From assembly GCA_048571215.1 (NCBI GenBank), contig CP182352.1, positions 2,464,001 to 2,528,000 on the forward strand: DNA of 64,000 bases, written 5' to 3'. The position numbers and the translations under genes were made by a program. This DNA comes from Halarcobacter sp. (GTDB taxonomy: Bacteria; Campylobacterota; Campylobacteria; Campylobacterales; Arcobacteraceae). Shown one piece after another: positions 30,129-39,344 of the stretch (the first letter of the stretch is position 1; each line of letters starts with the position of its first letter). The notes below the pieces were generated by a model. The model was not told where the DNA came from. It was given only the letters and a program-made list of their open reading frames with translations, and ran no database searches.

Positions 30129-30554
30129 TTATTTTGAAAGCTTTATAATTTTTTTCCATTGCTCCTCAGTGAAGATTTTTTTGAAAGTATTAAATGCATC
30201 AATTTTTATATCTATCGCATCTCTTTTTAATTTAGAAATTTTATCTAAATCCTCTTTTAACTCTTTTGGTGTTGAACCTTTTAAAACTTTTCTTTGAACC
30301 CTTTTTTCAATAGGGAAAGCTTTTCTAATTAAGCCTTGAAACTTAGGGGGATAAACTTGTTTTACCTCTTTTGATACTCTACTCATTTGCTCTTTAGTAA
30401 TGGCCAGCTCTTTTTTATTCATCTTAATTATTTTTCCAATATGTGGAAGTAAAATCAACTCATTTATTTTAAACTTATTGCTTTTCCCTGCCTCTTTTGC
30501 ATTAATATTGCTTGTGAATAAGCAAACAAACAAAACTATAAATATATTTTTCAT
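30129..30554 (-). CDS. Exported basic helical protein, Spy/CpxP-like
   Basis: Signal peptide; LAITKEQ and FTEEQW resemble LTxxQ motifs. Confidence 0.6.
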   Translation of the reverse strand: MKNIFIVLFVCLFTSNINAKEAGKSNKFKINELILLPHIGKIIKMNKKELAITKEQMSRVSKEVKQVYPPKFQGLIRKAFPIEKRVQRKVLKGSTPKELKEDLDKISKLKRDAIDIKIDAFNTFKKIFTEEQWKKIIKLSK

Positions 30555-30562
30555 TTTAATCC

Positions 30563-32608
30563 TTAAAAATTGTATTTTATACCTGCATATAGGTATGATT
30601 GAGGAATTATCCCAAGGTTTTCGTTAGTTTTCTTATCGAAAACATTATCAACTCCAGCAAAAAAATCTGTATTCTCACCAATATTTGTCATACTAAATTT
30701 TAAATTAGTTATTGTAAAGCCACCAAGTTTTTCATAATCTGTTGTATATTGTGTTCCTATGTACTTAGTGATTGTTTTAATATTTGTATTCTCAGTTGGA
30801 AAGTAGCTTAAAACCAACCCTACTGTTTTTTCAGGTATCTGGGTTAAATCTATATCATCATCTTTATTTTTTGCATCAATTATAGAATAAGTCATATCTA
30901 CAAAAAAGCTATCTATAGGATTAAAAGACAAAGATGACTCAATCCCTTTAATTTCGCTATCACTTATATTTTCAAATGTATTATATGAACCATATGATAC
31001 ATCTGTAATTCTATCATCAATATCAGTTTTAAAGGCAACTAATTCTAGATTCATAATATCCAGATCTACTAAAAAACCAAGTTCAATTGTACTACTTGTT
31101 TCTGATTTCAACTCATAACTACTTGTTTTGCCATTTGCTACATCTACAACAGTTGCTCCTAATTTCTTCTTTCCTGTAGGTGTTGTTTGATCTACATAAA
31201 GCTCTCTATCATCAGGACTTCTAAATCCTTCTGAATAATTAGCTTTTAATGATAAAATATCACTTAAATCATATACCCCACCAAAGCTATATGAAACTTC
31301 ACTCTCATCCTCTGAAGTCTTATCATACCTTGCCCCATAAATTAGTTTTAAATCTTCTAAAATATTATATTCATGTTGAGCAAAAAATGAACTATATGTT
31401 CTATCATCTACATTAAAGGCCGTTGATTTTGTATCATTTATCCTATATTCTGCACCTAAAATATACCTATTTGATTCATTTAATGTATGGGTAAATTGAA
31501 GTTCATTATCTAAGTGCTTTATTGTAGATTTATTTACACTAAAAGCTGACTCTTGTAAACTTGAATATCCTAATTGAGAATACAAAGGAGTATAACTTTT
31601 TCTATCTTTTTCATATTTTGAATAAGCAATATTATATTTAATATCCATATCCTCTGAAAACCTATAGTTTAATCCTGTACTAAAAGTTGTTCTTTCATTC
31701 TCATTATATTGATGTGCGGGAACATTTTTTGCCATAATACTCCCATTTGGTGAAGCATAATTAGTTGGATAACTTGTGCTAATATATAAGCCATCTTTAT
31801 CTTCACTCATATAAGAAAAATCTATATATGCATCAAAACTATCACTAAACTCATATCCTAATTTACCACCAATTGTTTTTACTGTAAGATTATCAATATA
31901 ATCATTTTCTATCGTGTAAGAATCATTAAGTGCAGAAGCTAACTTCCCAAAACTACCTTTATTTGGTAAAGTTGATGGAGATTTTGCTGTTCCACTTTGC
32001 ATAATTTTTATTTTCGTAGTTTTGTCTTTATTATAACTTTGTCTATCTAAATAGTTTGAATAAAGACTAAATGAAGTTTTACCTACTTTATTAGAGACAA
32101 AAAAATCAACTGCTTTTTTATCTTCTGCCCCAATAATTTGTAAACTTCCTTTTAATGTATTTTGTGATTTTTTAGTTATTATATTAATGACACCTCCCAT
32201 TGCATCACTTCCATAAAGTAAACTTGAAGCTCCTTTTAATATCTCAATTCTTTCAATCATACCTGCACTAATTCTTTCAAGTTCAAAGGTTTTTGAAAAC
32301 TCTCCATTTACTCGTCTACCATCAATTAAAATCAAGGTATCAGAGTGTTGCATACCCCTTATAGAATAAGTTGTTCCCGAGGGTCTTATATAAATCCCAG
32401 CGGTACTATTTAAAATCTCTGTTAAATTACTTGCTCCTGAATTTTCAATCTCTTCAGGACCAATAACTTGTACACTTGTTGTTAAGTTTTTTACACTATT
32501 TTGCGTTTTTGTTGCAGTCACCACTACATCTTCTAATCTATTTATATCTTGTGCATATAAATAGATTGAACAAGCTAAACTACAAAGACATATTTTTTGT
32601 AAATCCAT
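30563..32608 (-). CDS. TonB-dependent outer-membrane receptor (likely start MDLQK at 32608)
   Basis: TonB box VVVTATK, plug IERIEILKGASSLLYGSDAMGGVINIITK, C-terminal YNF. Confidence 0.93.
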   Translation of the reverse strand: MDLQKICLCSLACSIYLYAQDINRLEDVVVTATKTQNSVKNLTTSVQVIGPEEIENSGASNLTEILNSTAGIYIRPSGTTYSIRGMQHSDTLILIDGRRVNGEFSKTFELERISAGMIERIEILKGASSLLYGSDAMGGVINIITKKSQNTLKGSLQIIGAEDKKAVDFFVSNKVGKTSFSLYSNYLDRQSYNKDKTTKIKIMQSGTAKSPSTLPNKGSFGKLASALNDSYTIENDYIDNLTVKTIGGKLGYEFSDSFDAYIDFSYMSEDKDGLYISTSYPTNYASPNGSIMAKNVPAHQYNENERTTFSTGLNYRFSEDMDIKYNIAYSKYEKDRKSYTPLYSQLGYSSLQESAFSVNKSTIKHLDNELQFTHTLNESNRYILGAEYRINDTKSTAFNVDDRTYSSFFAQHEYNILEDLKLIYGARYDKTSEDESEVSYSFGGVYDLSDILSLKANYSEGFRSPDDRELYVDQTTPTGKKKLGATVVDVANGKTSSYELKSETSSTIELGFLVDLDIMNLELVAFKTDIDDRITDVSYGSYNTFENISDSEIKGIESSLSFNPIDSFFVDMTYSIIDAKNKDDDIDLTQIPEKTVGLVLSYFPTENTNIKTITKYIGTQYTTDYEKLGGFTITNLKFSMTNIGENTDFFAGVDNVFDKKTNENLGIIPQSYLYAGIKYNF

Positions 32609-32620
32609 TCTATTTCCTAT

Positions 32621-32656
32621 TATGATTATTATTATCAATATGATAATAGATAATAG
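32621..32656. promoter_or_regulatory. Fur-box-like GATAAT array upstream of the TonB receptor
   Basis: Minus strand TTGATAATAATAATCATA (32622-32638 region) plus adjacent plus-strand GATAATAAGATAAT. Confidence 0.7.
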
Positions 32657-32702
32657 TTTAGAAATTGCTTAATATAATTATAACTTATAGTAATATTATA
32701 AG

Positions 32703-32900
32703 TTATAGTAATCTAAATACAACAAAGTTCTTAATTAGATGATCTTCACTTGGATTTGATGAATTTTTAGTTTTTCCTATAATATTTATACCTATAACTC
32801 CAACTTTTTCACCAGCTATTTCTTTAATTACATTTGGTGTCCAATACCCCTCTAAGATATTTCCTGCTTGGGGGAGACTATATTTGTGGAGATTATAGAA
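32703..32900 (-). pseudogene. Fragment of a 5'-nucleotidase/NAD nucleotidase (UshA/NadN-like)
   Basis: Start-less frame ...GNILEGYWTPNVIKEIAGEKVGVIGINIIGKTKNSSNPSED... resembles the W-x-P-Y-x-I-K-E-x-x-G-E-K-I-G-I-I-G segment of that family. Confidence 0.55.
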
Positions 32901-32925
32901 ATTGTATTATCTAATTTATTCATTT

Positions 32926-32961
32926 TGATAAAACCCTTTAAAATTAAAAAGGGTTCTATCA
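32926..32961 (-). terminator. Inverted repeat, likely terminator of the di-haem lipoprotein gene
   Basis: tgata-aaaccctt...aagggtt-c-tatca hairpin 20 bp past the stop codon. Confidence 0.55.
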
Positions 32962-32981
32962 TAACTTTAGTAAGAAAAGTT

Positions 32982-35282
32982 TTAGTGTTTTATTGCTGTA
33001 ATACCTGTTGACTTACCAATTGTAATCTCTTTATATACAGTATCATCAAGGGGACCAACATGACCAGATTTGCCATATATATAACTTTGTTCATCAACTA
33101 TAACTTTATAGGCTTTGTTTAATTGAATTGCTCTTTGTACTGATGGTAAAATTAAATATGTGATATCATCTGCTATTTTATCAACTTCACTTTGAATTAA
33201 AATGCCATTATTATCAAAAAACTTTGATTTAACCTCTTGATTTCCTCTAAATTCATCACCAGCATTATTTTGTTCTAAATAATATGCATATTCACCTTTT
33301 CCATTTGAAAGAACTCTATCTTTTATACCTGTTAAATCTTTTTGACTCCAGTGATACCATCCATTATTATAACTATTCTCTTTTCTAGGGAAAGCGAAAG
33401 TTGAGTCTGTAATAGCCCCAATACCTGAATGACACCCAATACAAGAAACTGTTTCTTCATAAGTTTGTGGTCTTAAATCACCTTGTGCATCTTCAATAAA
33501 ACCTTGATAAACCCACCCCAGTCCAGTTTGAAGTCCATCTTCAATATTACCAGTAATTGTTTTTAGTCTATCGGGAAAATCATCTTTTTCTTTTATTTCT
33601 GAAAGTGCTGCATTGCTAAGTTGTGAATAATTATTCCAAGTAGTTTTTTTAGCATATCTTAACTCTTTCATTCTATTAGACATTTTTATAGAGCTCTTAT
33701 CTTTTGTAACACCAACATATCTAACAGAGTGCAAAAATTCTGTTCCATCTGGATAAAGACCTGGAGATATATGTAACTCATTTGTTACTAGTTTTTCTTT
33801 TGCTAAACCAACATAATAATTCTTGTAAATCACCTTGGGATAATTTGTTATTGAATCAGGTTTATTCCATTTGAAAACTATTGTTGATGTTTTATCCATA
33901 GTATCATTATGATTTAAATCAACGCCATAATCATTTTCATCAACTTCAAAACCTAAATCAATATCTTCTTTTTTTATCATAGACTCAACTATTGCTAAAT
34001 TTATTTTATAAACCTCTTTTGAAAATCTTCCATCTTTATCTTGCATCAGTGAAGGGCTTAATCTAATCATAACATCATCAGTACTTCCATTTGTAGGCCA
34101 AAATGTACCTAAAAATGGTGAATAAGCAAAAGCTCTCCATCCTGTATAATTTCCATTTTTATCTTTATCAAAACCCTCATCATCAAAATTAAAATAACAA
34201 TCAGGAATAAAGCCATTCCATTTTCCATCTTTTGAACCATCATATGGGAAATCCCATTCTTCTGGAAATGCATATTTTAATCTATTTGCTAAAATAATCT
34301 TTCCATCTTTATTTAGATAATTATTTTCATCAATATAAGTTAATATATCTTCATCACTTATTGCTGAAATTTCAGAGCTTCTATCTTTAAATAGATTTGT
34401 AAATGGATTTGTTTTACTATTATTACTAAAATCATAACTCTCTTGTAAATCCTCATCATTTATATAGTTTGGAACTTCTGAGTTAATGTGACAAGAGTAA
34501 CAAGGGTTATGAATTCTCCCCTTTGAATCTTCAGTTTTTGTATAACATTGAGCAGAGATATAAGTACTCTTTTGATTTATAATAGTTTTTGATGATAAAT
34601 CACCCCCTTTATAAATAGGTAAATTTTCACTTAAAATCTTTTTTGATTTAATCTCTCTAATTGTCTCTTTTTCACTCTCTTCTAAAAACTCTTTTGGAGT
34701 TAAGTTTATATAATCATCTAGATTTACCGCTGTATATTTATTTAAAATATCAACATCATTATTTTTAATTTTATCTATTATCTGGGAACTACTAATATTT
34801 GGGTTAAGCTCTAATTCTTTATATATTAAATTAGTTAATAGTGCAACTTTTTTATTATCAGATGGTAAAAGCAACAAATCAGAAGAGTTTATTGAAAAAA
34901 CTTTTTTAAGATTTTCTAAGTTTTCATCTCTTTTACTTCCAATAATTGTTGAAATTAAAGTTATAGTGTTCCCACTATAGGTTGATAATATCATATCTAA
35001 GTCGATATCATCTGTATTTTTTATTCCATTTCCATCAATATCAATAAAGCCACCTGATACACTTACAGGATATTTTACCTTATCATCAAAAACATATTGA
35101 TTTGTATTAGGTATTTGTTTTGCTACTTGTCCATTATCATCTTTTACTGTTGCATTAACAATTGCACCTCTTTCAACAGTAAATGTTGTAGAAGATGAAC
35201 CACTACCTCCACTACTGCTACCCCCACCACATCCAATTAGAAAAATTGAAATTATTACACCTAATAAAGCTTTTTTAAACAT
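32982..35282 (-). CDS. Uncharacterised lipoprotein with two CxxCH haem-c motifs
   Basis: Lipobox LIGC followed by Gly/Ser linker; CYSCH and CIGCH. Confidence 0.75.
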   Translation of the reverse strand: MFKKALLGVIISIFLIGCGGGSSSGGSGSSSTTFTVERGAIVNATVKDDNGQVAKQIPNTNQYVFDDKVKYPVSVSGGFIDIDGNGIKNTDDIDLDMILSTYSGNTITLISTIIGSKRDENLENLKKVFSINSSDLLLLPSDNKKVALLTNLIYKELELNPNISSSQIIDKIKNNDVDILNKYTAVNLDDYINLTPKEFLEESEKETIREIKSKKILSENLPIYKGGDLSSKTIINQKSTYISAQCYTKTEDSKGRIHNPCYSCHINSEVPNYINDEDLQESYDFSNNSKTNPFTNLFKDRSSEISAISDEDILTYIDENNYLNKDGKIILANRLKYAFPEEWDFPYDGSKDGKWNGFIPDCYFNFDDEGFDKDKNGNYTGWRAFAYSPFLGTFWPTNGSTDDVMIRLSPSLMQDKDGRFSKEVYKINLAIVESMIKKEDIDLGFEVDENDYGVDLNHNDTMDKTSTIVFKWNKPDSITNYPKVIYKNYYVGLAKEKLVTNELHISPGLYPDGTEFLHSVRYVGVTKDKSSIKMSNRMKELRYAKKTTWNNYSQLSNAALSEIKEKDDFPDRLKTITGNIEDGLQTGLGWVYQGFIEDAQGDLRPQTYEETVSCIGCHSGIGAITDSTFAFPRKENSYNNGWYHWSQKDLTGIKDRVLSNGKGEYAYYLEQNNAGDEFRGNQEVKSKFFDNNGILIQSEVDKIADDITYLILPSVQRAIQLNKAYKVIVDEQSYIYGKSGHVGPLDDTVYKEITIGKSTGITAIKH

Positions 35283-35316
35283 TTTCGTCCTTTAAAAAAA
35301 TTTAAAAAAACTAAAT

Positions 35317-35345
35317 AAAAAAGAAGAGGTTCCCCTCCTCTTTTA
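35317..35345 (-). terminator. Possible intrinsic terminator after the PhoX-like gene
   Basis: aaaaaagaagagg..cctcctcttttt imperfect hairpin with a U-tract on the minus strand. Confidence 0.5.
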
Positions 35346-35349
35346 TCTT

Positions 35350-38300
35350 TTATTTTATACTTATAGGAGCACCTTTTGTGCTATCCATCTCAATCTCATA
35401 AACAGCAGTTGAACCTGTTCCTTCATATGCTACTAGTAATAATGGTTTACCAGTTGAAGAATTACTTGAATCAACAAACTTCATACCTTCAGGAGAAATA
35501 TCATAATTACTATCCATAATTAAATATTTAACAAATTTTGCAGAAGTAGGAGTTGTGATATCATAAACTACAATTGCACTTTGTCTTTCTAAACCAACAA
35601 AAGCATAAGTTTTTCCATCAATAGTACCTACAGTTAAAGCTTCTGGTTCTACCCCCTTATTACCACTTCTTTTATCCATTTCACCTTCATCTTGGTTAAA
35701 TAAAGTTGGCATAAATTTTGCAGTTAATTTTGATAATTCGTTTTTAGAATCTAAAACTAAAACTCCATTTGAATCCCAAATAGAAAAACTTCTAGCTCCA
35801 AATGTATATAGTTTTTCATATTCTCCATCTAAATTTTTACCCATTTCATTATTAACTTTTAAATCATTATCATCTGCATAGTCTGCTGAAATAGATGGAT
35901 CTAAAGTTAACTTTTTGATTTTTGTTTCATTTGCATAAGCACCATAGTCTCTACCATCACCCTCATTTGCAGTTACTAAATATGTATTACCATCAACAGT
36001 ATATGAGGCAATTGAATCTGGCATATACATACCATATAATTGTGAAAATGTTTTAAGCTCAATCTTACCATTCTCTTGAATATCTATTGCGTTCTCTGGT
36101 TTAGAGTAATCTTTAAAGCCTAAAGCAACTACTGAATCTATTTTAGGAGTAGTTAAATCTACTATTGCAATTGCATTATTTTCTTGTAAAGTTACATAAG
36201 CTTTTGTCCCTGAAACTGTAATATATTCTGGTTCAATATCATTTGCTGCAACTGCTCCTGCTTTAATAACAACATCTTGCGGAATATCAATCCCATCAAA
36301 TGTTAAATCAGTATAAGTTTTTGTTCCAACATTAATAACTCCAACTGAACCTTTTGGGTCATGAGAATAATCACTACTAGGTTCCCCCTCATTAGCAACA
36401 ATTATTAAAGAACCATCTTTATTAAAAGTAACCATATCTGGTAGATATCCAGCATTAACTGTAGTTTGATGAGTTCCATTTGTATCAAAAATAACAACTA
36501 CACCTTTTTGTTGAATACCATTTATAGCTTTATTATACATTGCAACTGCAACCATACCATTTTTTACAGCTACTGAATTAACCCCATCTGCATAAGTAGA
36601 TAGATCAATAGCATTTGAAAAAGTTACACTTCCATCGCTATTTATAGTTGAGATATCTAAAGTATTATCTGCACCATTTGTTGTAAACATTTTTTTTGAT
36701 GCCTTGTCATATGCAACAATTTCAGAACCTGCAGCTTTACTTGTATTATAACTACCAACTTTTTTTATAGATTTAATAGTTGATAAATTTTTAAATGGTC
36801 CAACATAACCAATTACAGATTCTCCTGCATCAGTAGTTGCTTGATCAGGGTGTTGTGTAACAACCGATAAGTACCCAAAACCATTAGCCAAGTTTGTATA
36901 CCAATATGTAGATGTTGTTTCTGCTCCAACAGGACTTGTAAATAGTCTTGTTAATTCATTTGTTTTTGTATTATATGACCATACTACATTGTTTTTATGA
37001 GAACCTGTATCTTCACCAATTGTCAAAATATCAGAGTTTGGTAAATATGTAATATTATCTGGATTTGATATACCATTAACATCACAACTATTTCCTGCAT
37101 ATATTGAATCATCTGCATATTTCATTGGAGTTCCCTCAATGATTGAATACATATTTGAAACTACATAATTAGATGAGATATCATTTGTTGATGTATCTTT
37201 TACTGTAGATTCTGCAAGATCTAAAGCATAAACTGCCCCACATTTATTTGCAGTCAATTTAATATCATTGTTACCACCTAAATCGTATGAAGAATCATCT
37301 TCCATACCCTTTCTAACTTCACTCATAGATACATACAATCTTCCTGAGTTTTTATCAAAAGTAATACCCTCTTCTTTTCTAAACTCAGTTGTTGCACCTA
37401 AGTATGCAGCATATCTTCTTGCCTCTAATCTAGAAGCTGCTTTTTCCATACCAGTTTTTAGTTTTAGACACTCATGTCCTGCACTTGTATTAACTGATTT
37501 ATATCCATCTGAACAAGTTCCATTAGTACCTGTTGCTATATCAAATATATCTGAAAACACAGGAGCATCATTAGTTGTTACATCATTATCTGGATCTAAA
37601 ATTGTTTTAATCTCTGAATCAGTAGCATGCCCTAAATTAATCCATGTCAAATCAGCACTTCCTGCTTTTTCATTTGATGTTTGGTTCCATTTAGCAGCAT
37701 ATAAAGTACCAGCACTTAAATCTGTTGGATTATCTGCAATATACATAAATAGTCCGACATTCGTACCATCATCTGATAGATATACAGTTTTATTATCTGG
37801 CATTACATAAGAGATTTCATGAGAAAATCTACCCATTGAATAGTGTTTAGAATAGTTTGCATTACCTTGTGTATCAATTTTTACTTCAGGAGTCCATCCA
37901 TAATAATATGGAGACATTTTTGTTGCATCCCCACCCCAAAATTTTGCAGTTTCATCGTAATACTTATTCCCAGTTATACCATTAGAATCTACGCTATTTT
38001 CTACTGTTTTTGCATCATTTTCATACTCTTCACTTCCTAGATGAGATTCCCAAGGAGTTTTCATACCTGCACAATGTACAAATCCACCAAATTCATCTTT
38101 TTGAGAGATATATTTTAATGTTCCACTTTTTGGTGTTAATGCACCAGTTGTTGAATCTTGTTCAAGTTCTGTCATATACATTGCACCAATTTGACACTCA
38201 AATTGAGATACCATATATAATTTATCATTTATATTTAAAAATGATGAATAATCAAGTCCAGAACCTACTCCTGAGTTTGTCCCATTACAAATATAATTAC

Positions 38301-39054
38301 TTGAATCATCAAATTGAATTGGTTTATCTTGATAATCTTTTACTAAACCAAAAATCTCACTATTATCAGCATTACCTGTTTTCATAATAGTTGCATAACC
38401 AATTGTTTGTTCAGAACCATTTACATAAGCTTTAGGTGATGCTTGTTGAGTATTCATAGCAACTTCAGTTAATGGAGTTGCTATAGTTTTAAAGCTTATA
38501 TCTAATCTGTTTGCAAACTCTATTTGTTTATCGAAGTTTGATTTAGCAATATTCTCTAAATATTCTTTCTTTTTTGTACTACTCATATTTGTATTAGAAG
38601 AGATTGCTGAGATAACTTTTTCACTAGTAGAAAAATCAACTATAGATTTTGTTTCTGCTTTATATGATGAAGGTATAGTAAGTACATCATTTACTACAGT
38701 ACCACCTGATGCATAAAAATAATCATCCAATGCTTTTCTAGTTACACTACTGTTTGCATCAGCAAGTTTTTGTGTAGATATCTCATTAGAGTTTGGTGTA
38801 ACTTTAAGTTCTAATCCCCCAACATAAAATTTACACTCATCTCCTGCGTTATAATTAAACTCACCAGTAGATGTAGTTTGTTTTAGCCCTTGACCACAAT
38901 TATAATCAATATTTGCAAGATTTGGATTCATACTTAAAATACTAGTACTTGTTCCCGTTGATACAGAACTACTTCCACTACTTCCCCCACAACCACTCAA
39001 TATAACAGTGGCTAACAATGAACATGCGCTTATGCTAAGATATTTCTTATTCAT
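35350..39054 (-). CDS. Lipoprotein: PhoX-type (DUF839) alkaline phosphatase fused to a choice-of-anchor-I beta-propeller
   Basis: Lipobox LSGC; PhoX motifs CAGMKTPW..HLGSEEY, MGRFSHE, NPDN, GAETT, QHP; C-terminal GYLPDMVTF, ANEGEP, EPEYI, LQENNA, TANEGD, GARSFSI, GVEPE, GLER, SPEG. Confidence 0.85.
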   Translation of the reverse strand: MNKKYLSISACSLLATVILSGCGGSSGSSSVSTGTSTSILSMNPNLANIDYNCGQGLKQTTSTGEFNYNAGDECKFYVGGLELKVTPNSNEISTQKLADANSSVTRKALDDYFYASGGTVVNDVLTIPSSYKAETKSIVDFSTSEKVISAISSNTNMSSTKKKEYLENIAKSNFDKQIEFANRLDISFKTIATPLTEVAMNTQQASPKAYVNGSEQTIGYATIMKTGNADNSEIFGLVKDYQDKPIQFDDSSNYICNGTNSGVGSGLDYSSFLNINDKLYMVSQFECQIGAMYMTELEQDSTTGALTPKSGTLKYISQKDEFGGFVHCAGMKTPWESHLGSEEYENDAKTVENSVDSNGITGNKYYDETAKFWGGDATKMSPYYYGWTPEVKIDTQGNANYSKHYSMGRFSHEISYVMPDNKTVYLSDDGTNVGLFMYIADNPTDLSAGTLYAAKWNQTSNEKAGSADLTWINLGHATDSEIKTILDPDNDVTTNDAPVFSDIFDIATGTNGTCSDGYKSVNTSAGHECLKLKTGMEKAASRLEARRYAAYLGATTEFRKEEGITFDKNSGRLYVSMSEVRKGMEDDSSYDLGGNNDIKLTANKCGAVYALDLAESTVKDTSTNDISSNYVVSNMYSIIEGTPMKYADDSIYAGNSCDVNGISNPDNITYLPNSDILTIGEDTGSHKNNVVWSYNTKTNELTRLFTSPVGAETTSTYWYTNLANGFGYLSVVTQHPDQATTDAGESVIGYVGPFKNLSTIKSIKKVGSYNTSKAAGSEIVAYDKASKKMFTTNGADNTLDISTINSDGSVTFSNAIDLSTYADGVNSVAVKNGMVAVAMYNKAINGIQQKGVVVIFDTNGTHQTTVNAGYLPDMVTFNKDGSLIIVANEGEPSSDYSHDPKGSVGVINVGTKTYTDLTFDGIDIPQDVVIKAGAVAANDIEPEYITVSGTKAYVTLQENNAIAIVDLTTPKIDSVVALGFKDYSKPENAIDIQENGKIELKTFSQLYGMYMPDSIASYTVDGNTYLVTANEGDGRDYGAYANETKIKKLTLDPSISADYADDNDLKVNNEMGKNLDGEYEKLYTFGARSFSIWDSNGVLVLDSKNELSKLTAKFMPTLFNQDEGEMDKRSGNKGVEPEALTVGTIDGKTYAFVGLERQSAIVVYDITTPTSAKFVKYLIMDSNYDISPEGMKFVDSSNSSTGKPLLLVAYEGTGSTAVYEIEMDSTKGAPISIK

Positions 39055-39117
39055 AAACTTACTCCTTTATCATTTTTTATCAAATTTTTATTTACGCACA
39101 AAACTGGACGATTGTGA

Positions 39118-39173
39118 ATTATAGAAAATGAGAATTACAAGTTAATAACATTTATCAATATGGTTACTTACAA
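39118..39173 (-). promoter_or_regulatory. Promoter of the PhoX-like gene with Pho-box-like 11-bp-phased repeats
   Basis: Minus-strand TATAAT at 39118-39123; TTGTAAT (39134-39140), ATGTTAT (39145-39151), TTGTAAG (39167-39173); nearest repeat 10 nt from the -10. Confidence 0.6.
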
Positions 39174-39289
39174 TTTTGTATAAGTCTTATGTTATTTATT
39201 GCTATATAACTCTTCTAAAAAAAAAATAAATAAGTTTTTATTTTATCTGTGGTTACTCTATTCTTTTTTTTAATTTAAATTTTTTTTAT

Positions 39290-39323
39290 TTGTAACTCAT
39301 TTGTAATTTATTTTCCTTAATAT
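39290..39323 (+). promoter_or_regulatory. Promoter of the OlsF-like gene with a Pho-box-like direct repeat
   Basis: TTGTAAC (39290-39296) and TTGTAAT (39301-39307), 11 bp apart, 10 nt upstream of the -10-like TAATAT (39318-39323). Confidence 0.6.
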
Positions 39324-39344
39324 TTTATATTCTAAGGAGTAATA

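Noticed and set aside
32609..32638. N-terminal MIIIIIIGNR extension of the TonB receptor
   Set aside because: It is the translation of the Fur-box-like ATAAT repeats; an RBS precedes the ATG at 32608
37268..38387. Plus-strand ORFs (180, 65 and 125 aa) inside the PhoX gene
   Set aside because: Antisense shadows of a well-supported gene, with no recognisable motifs
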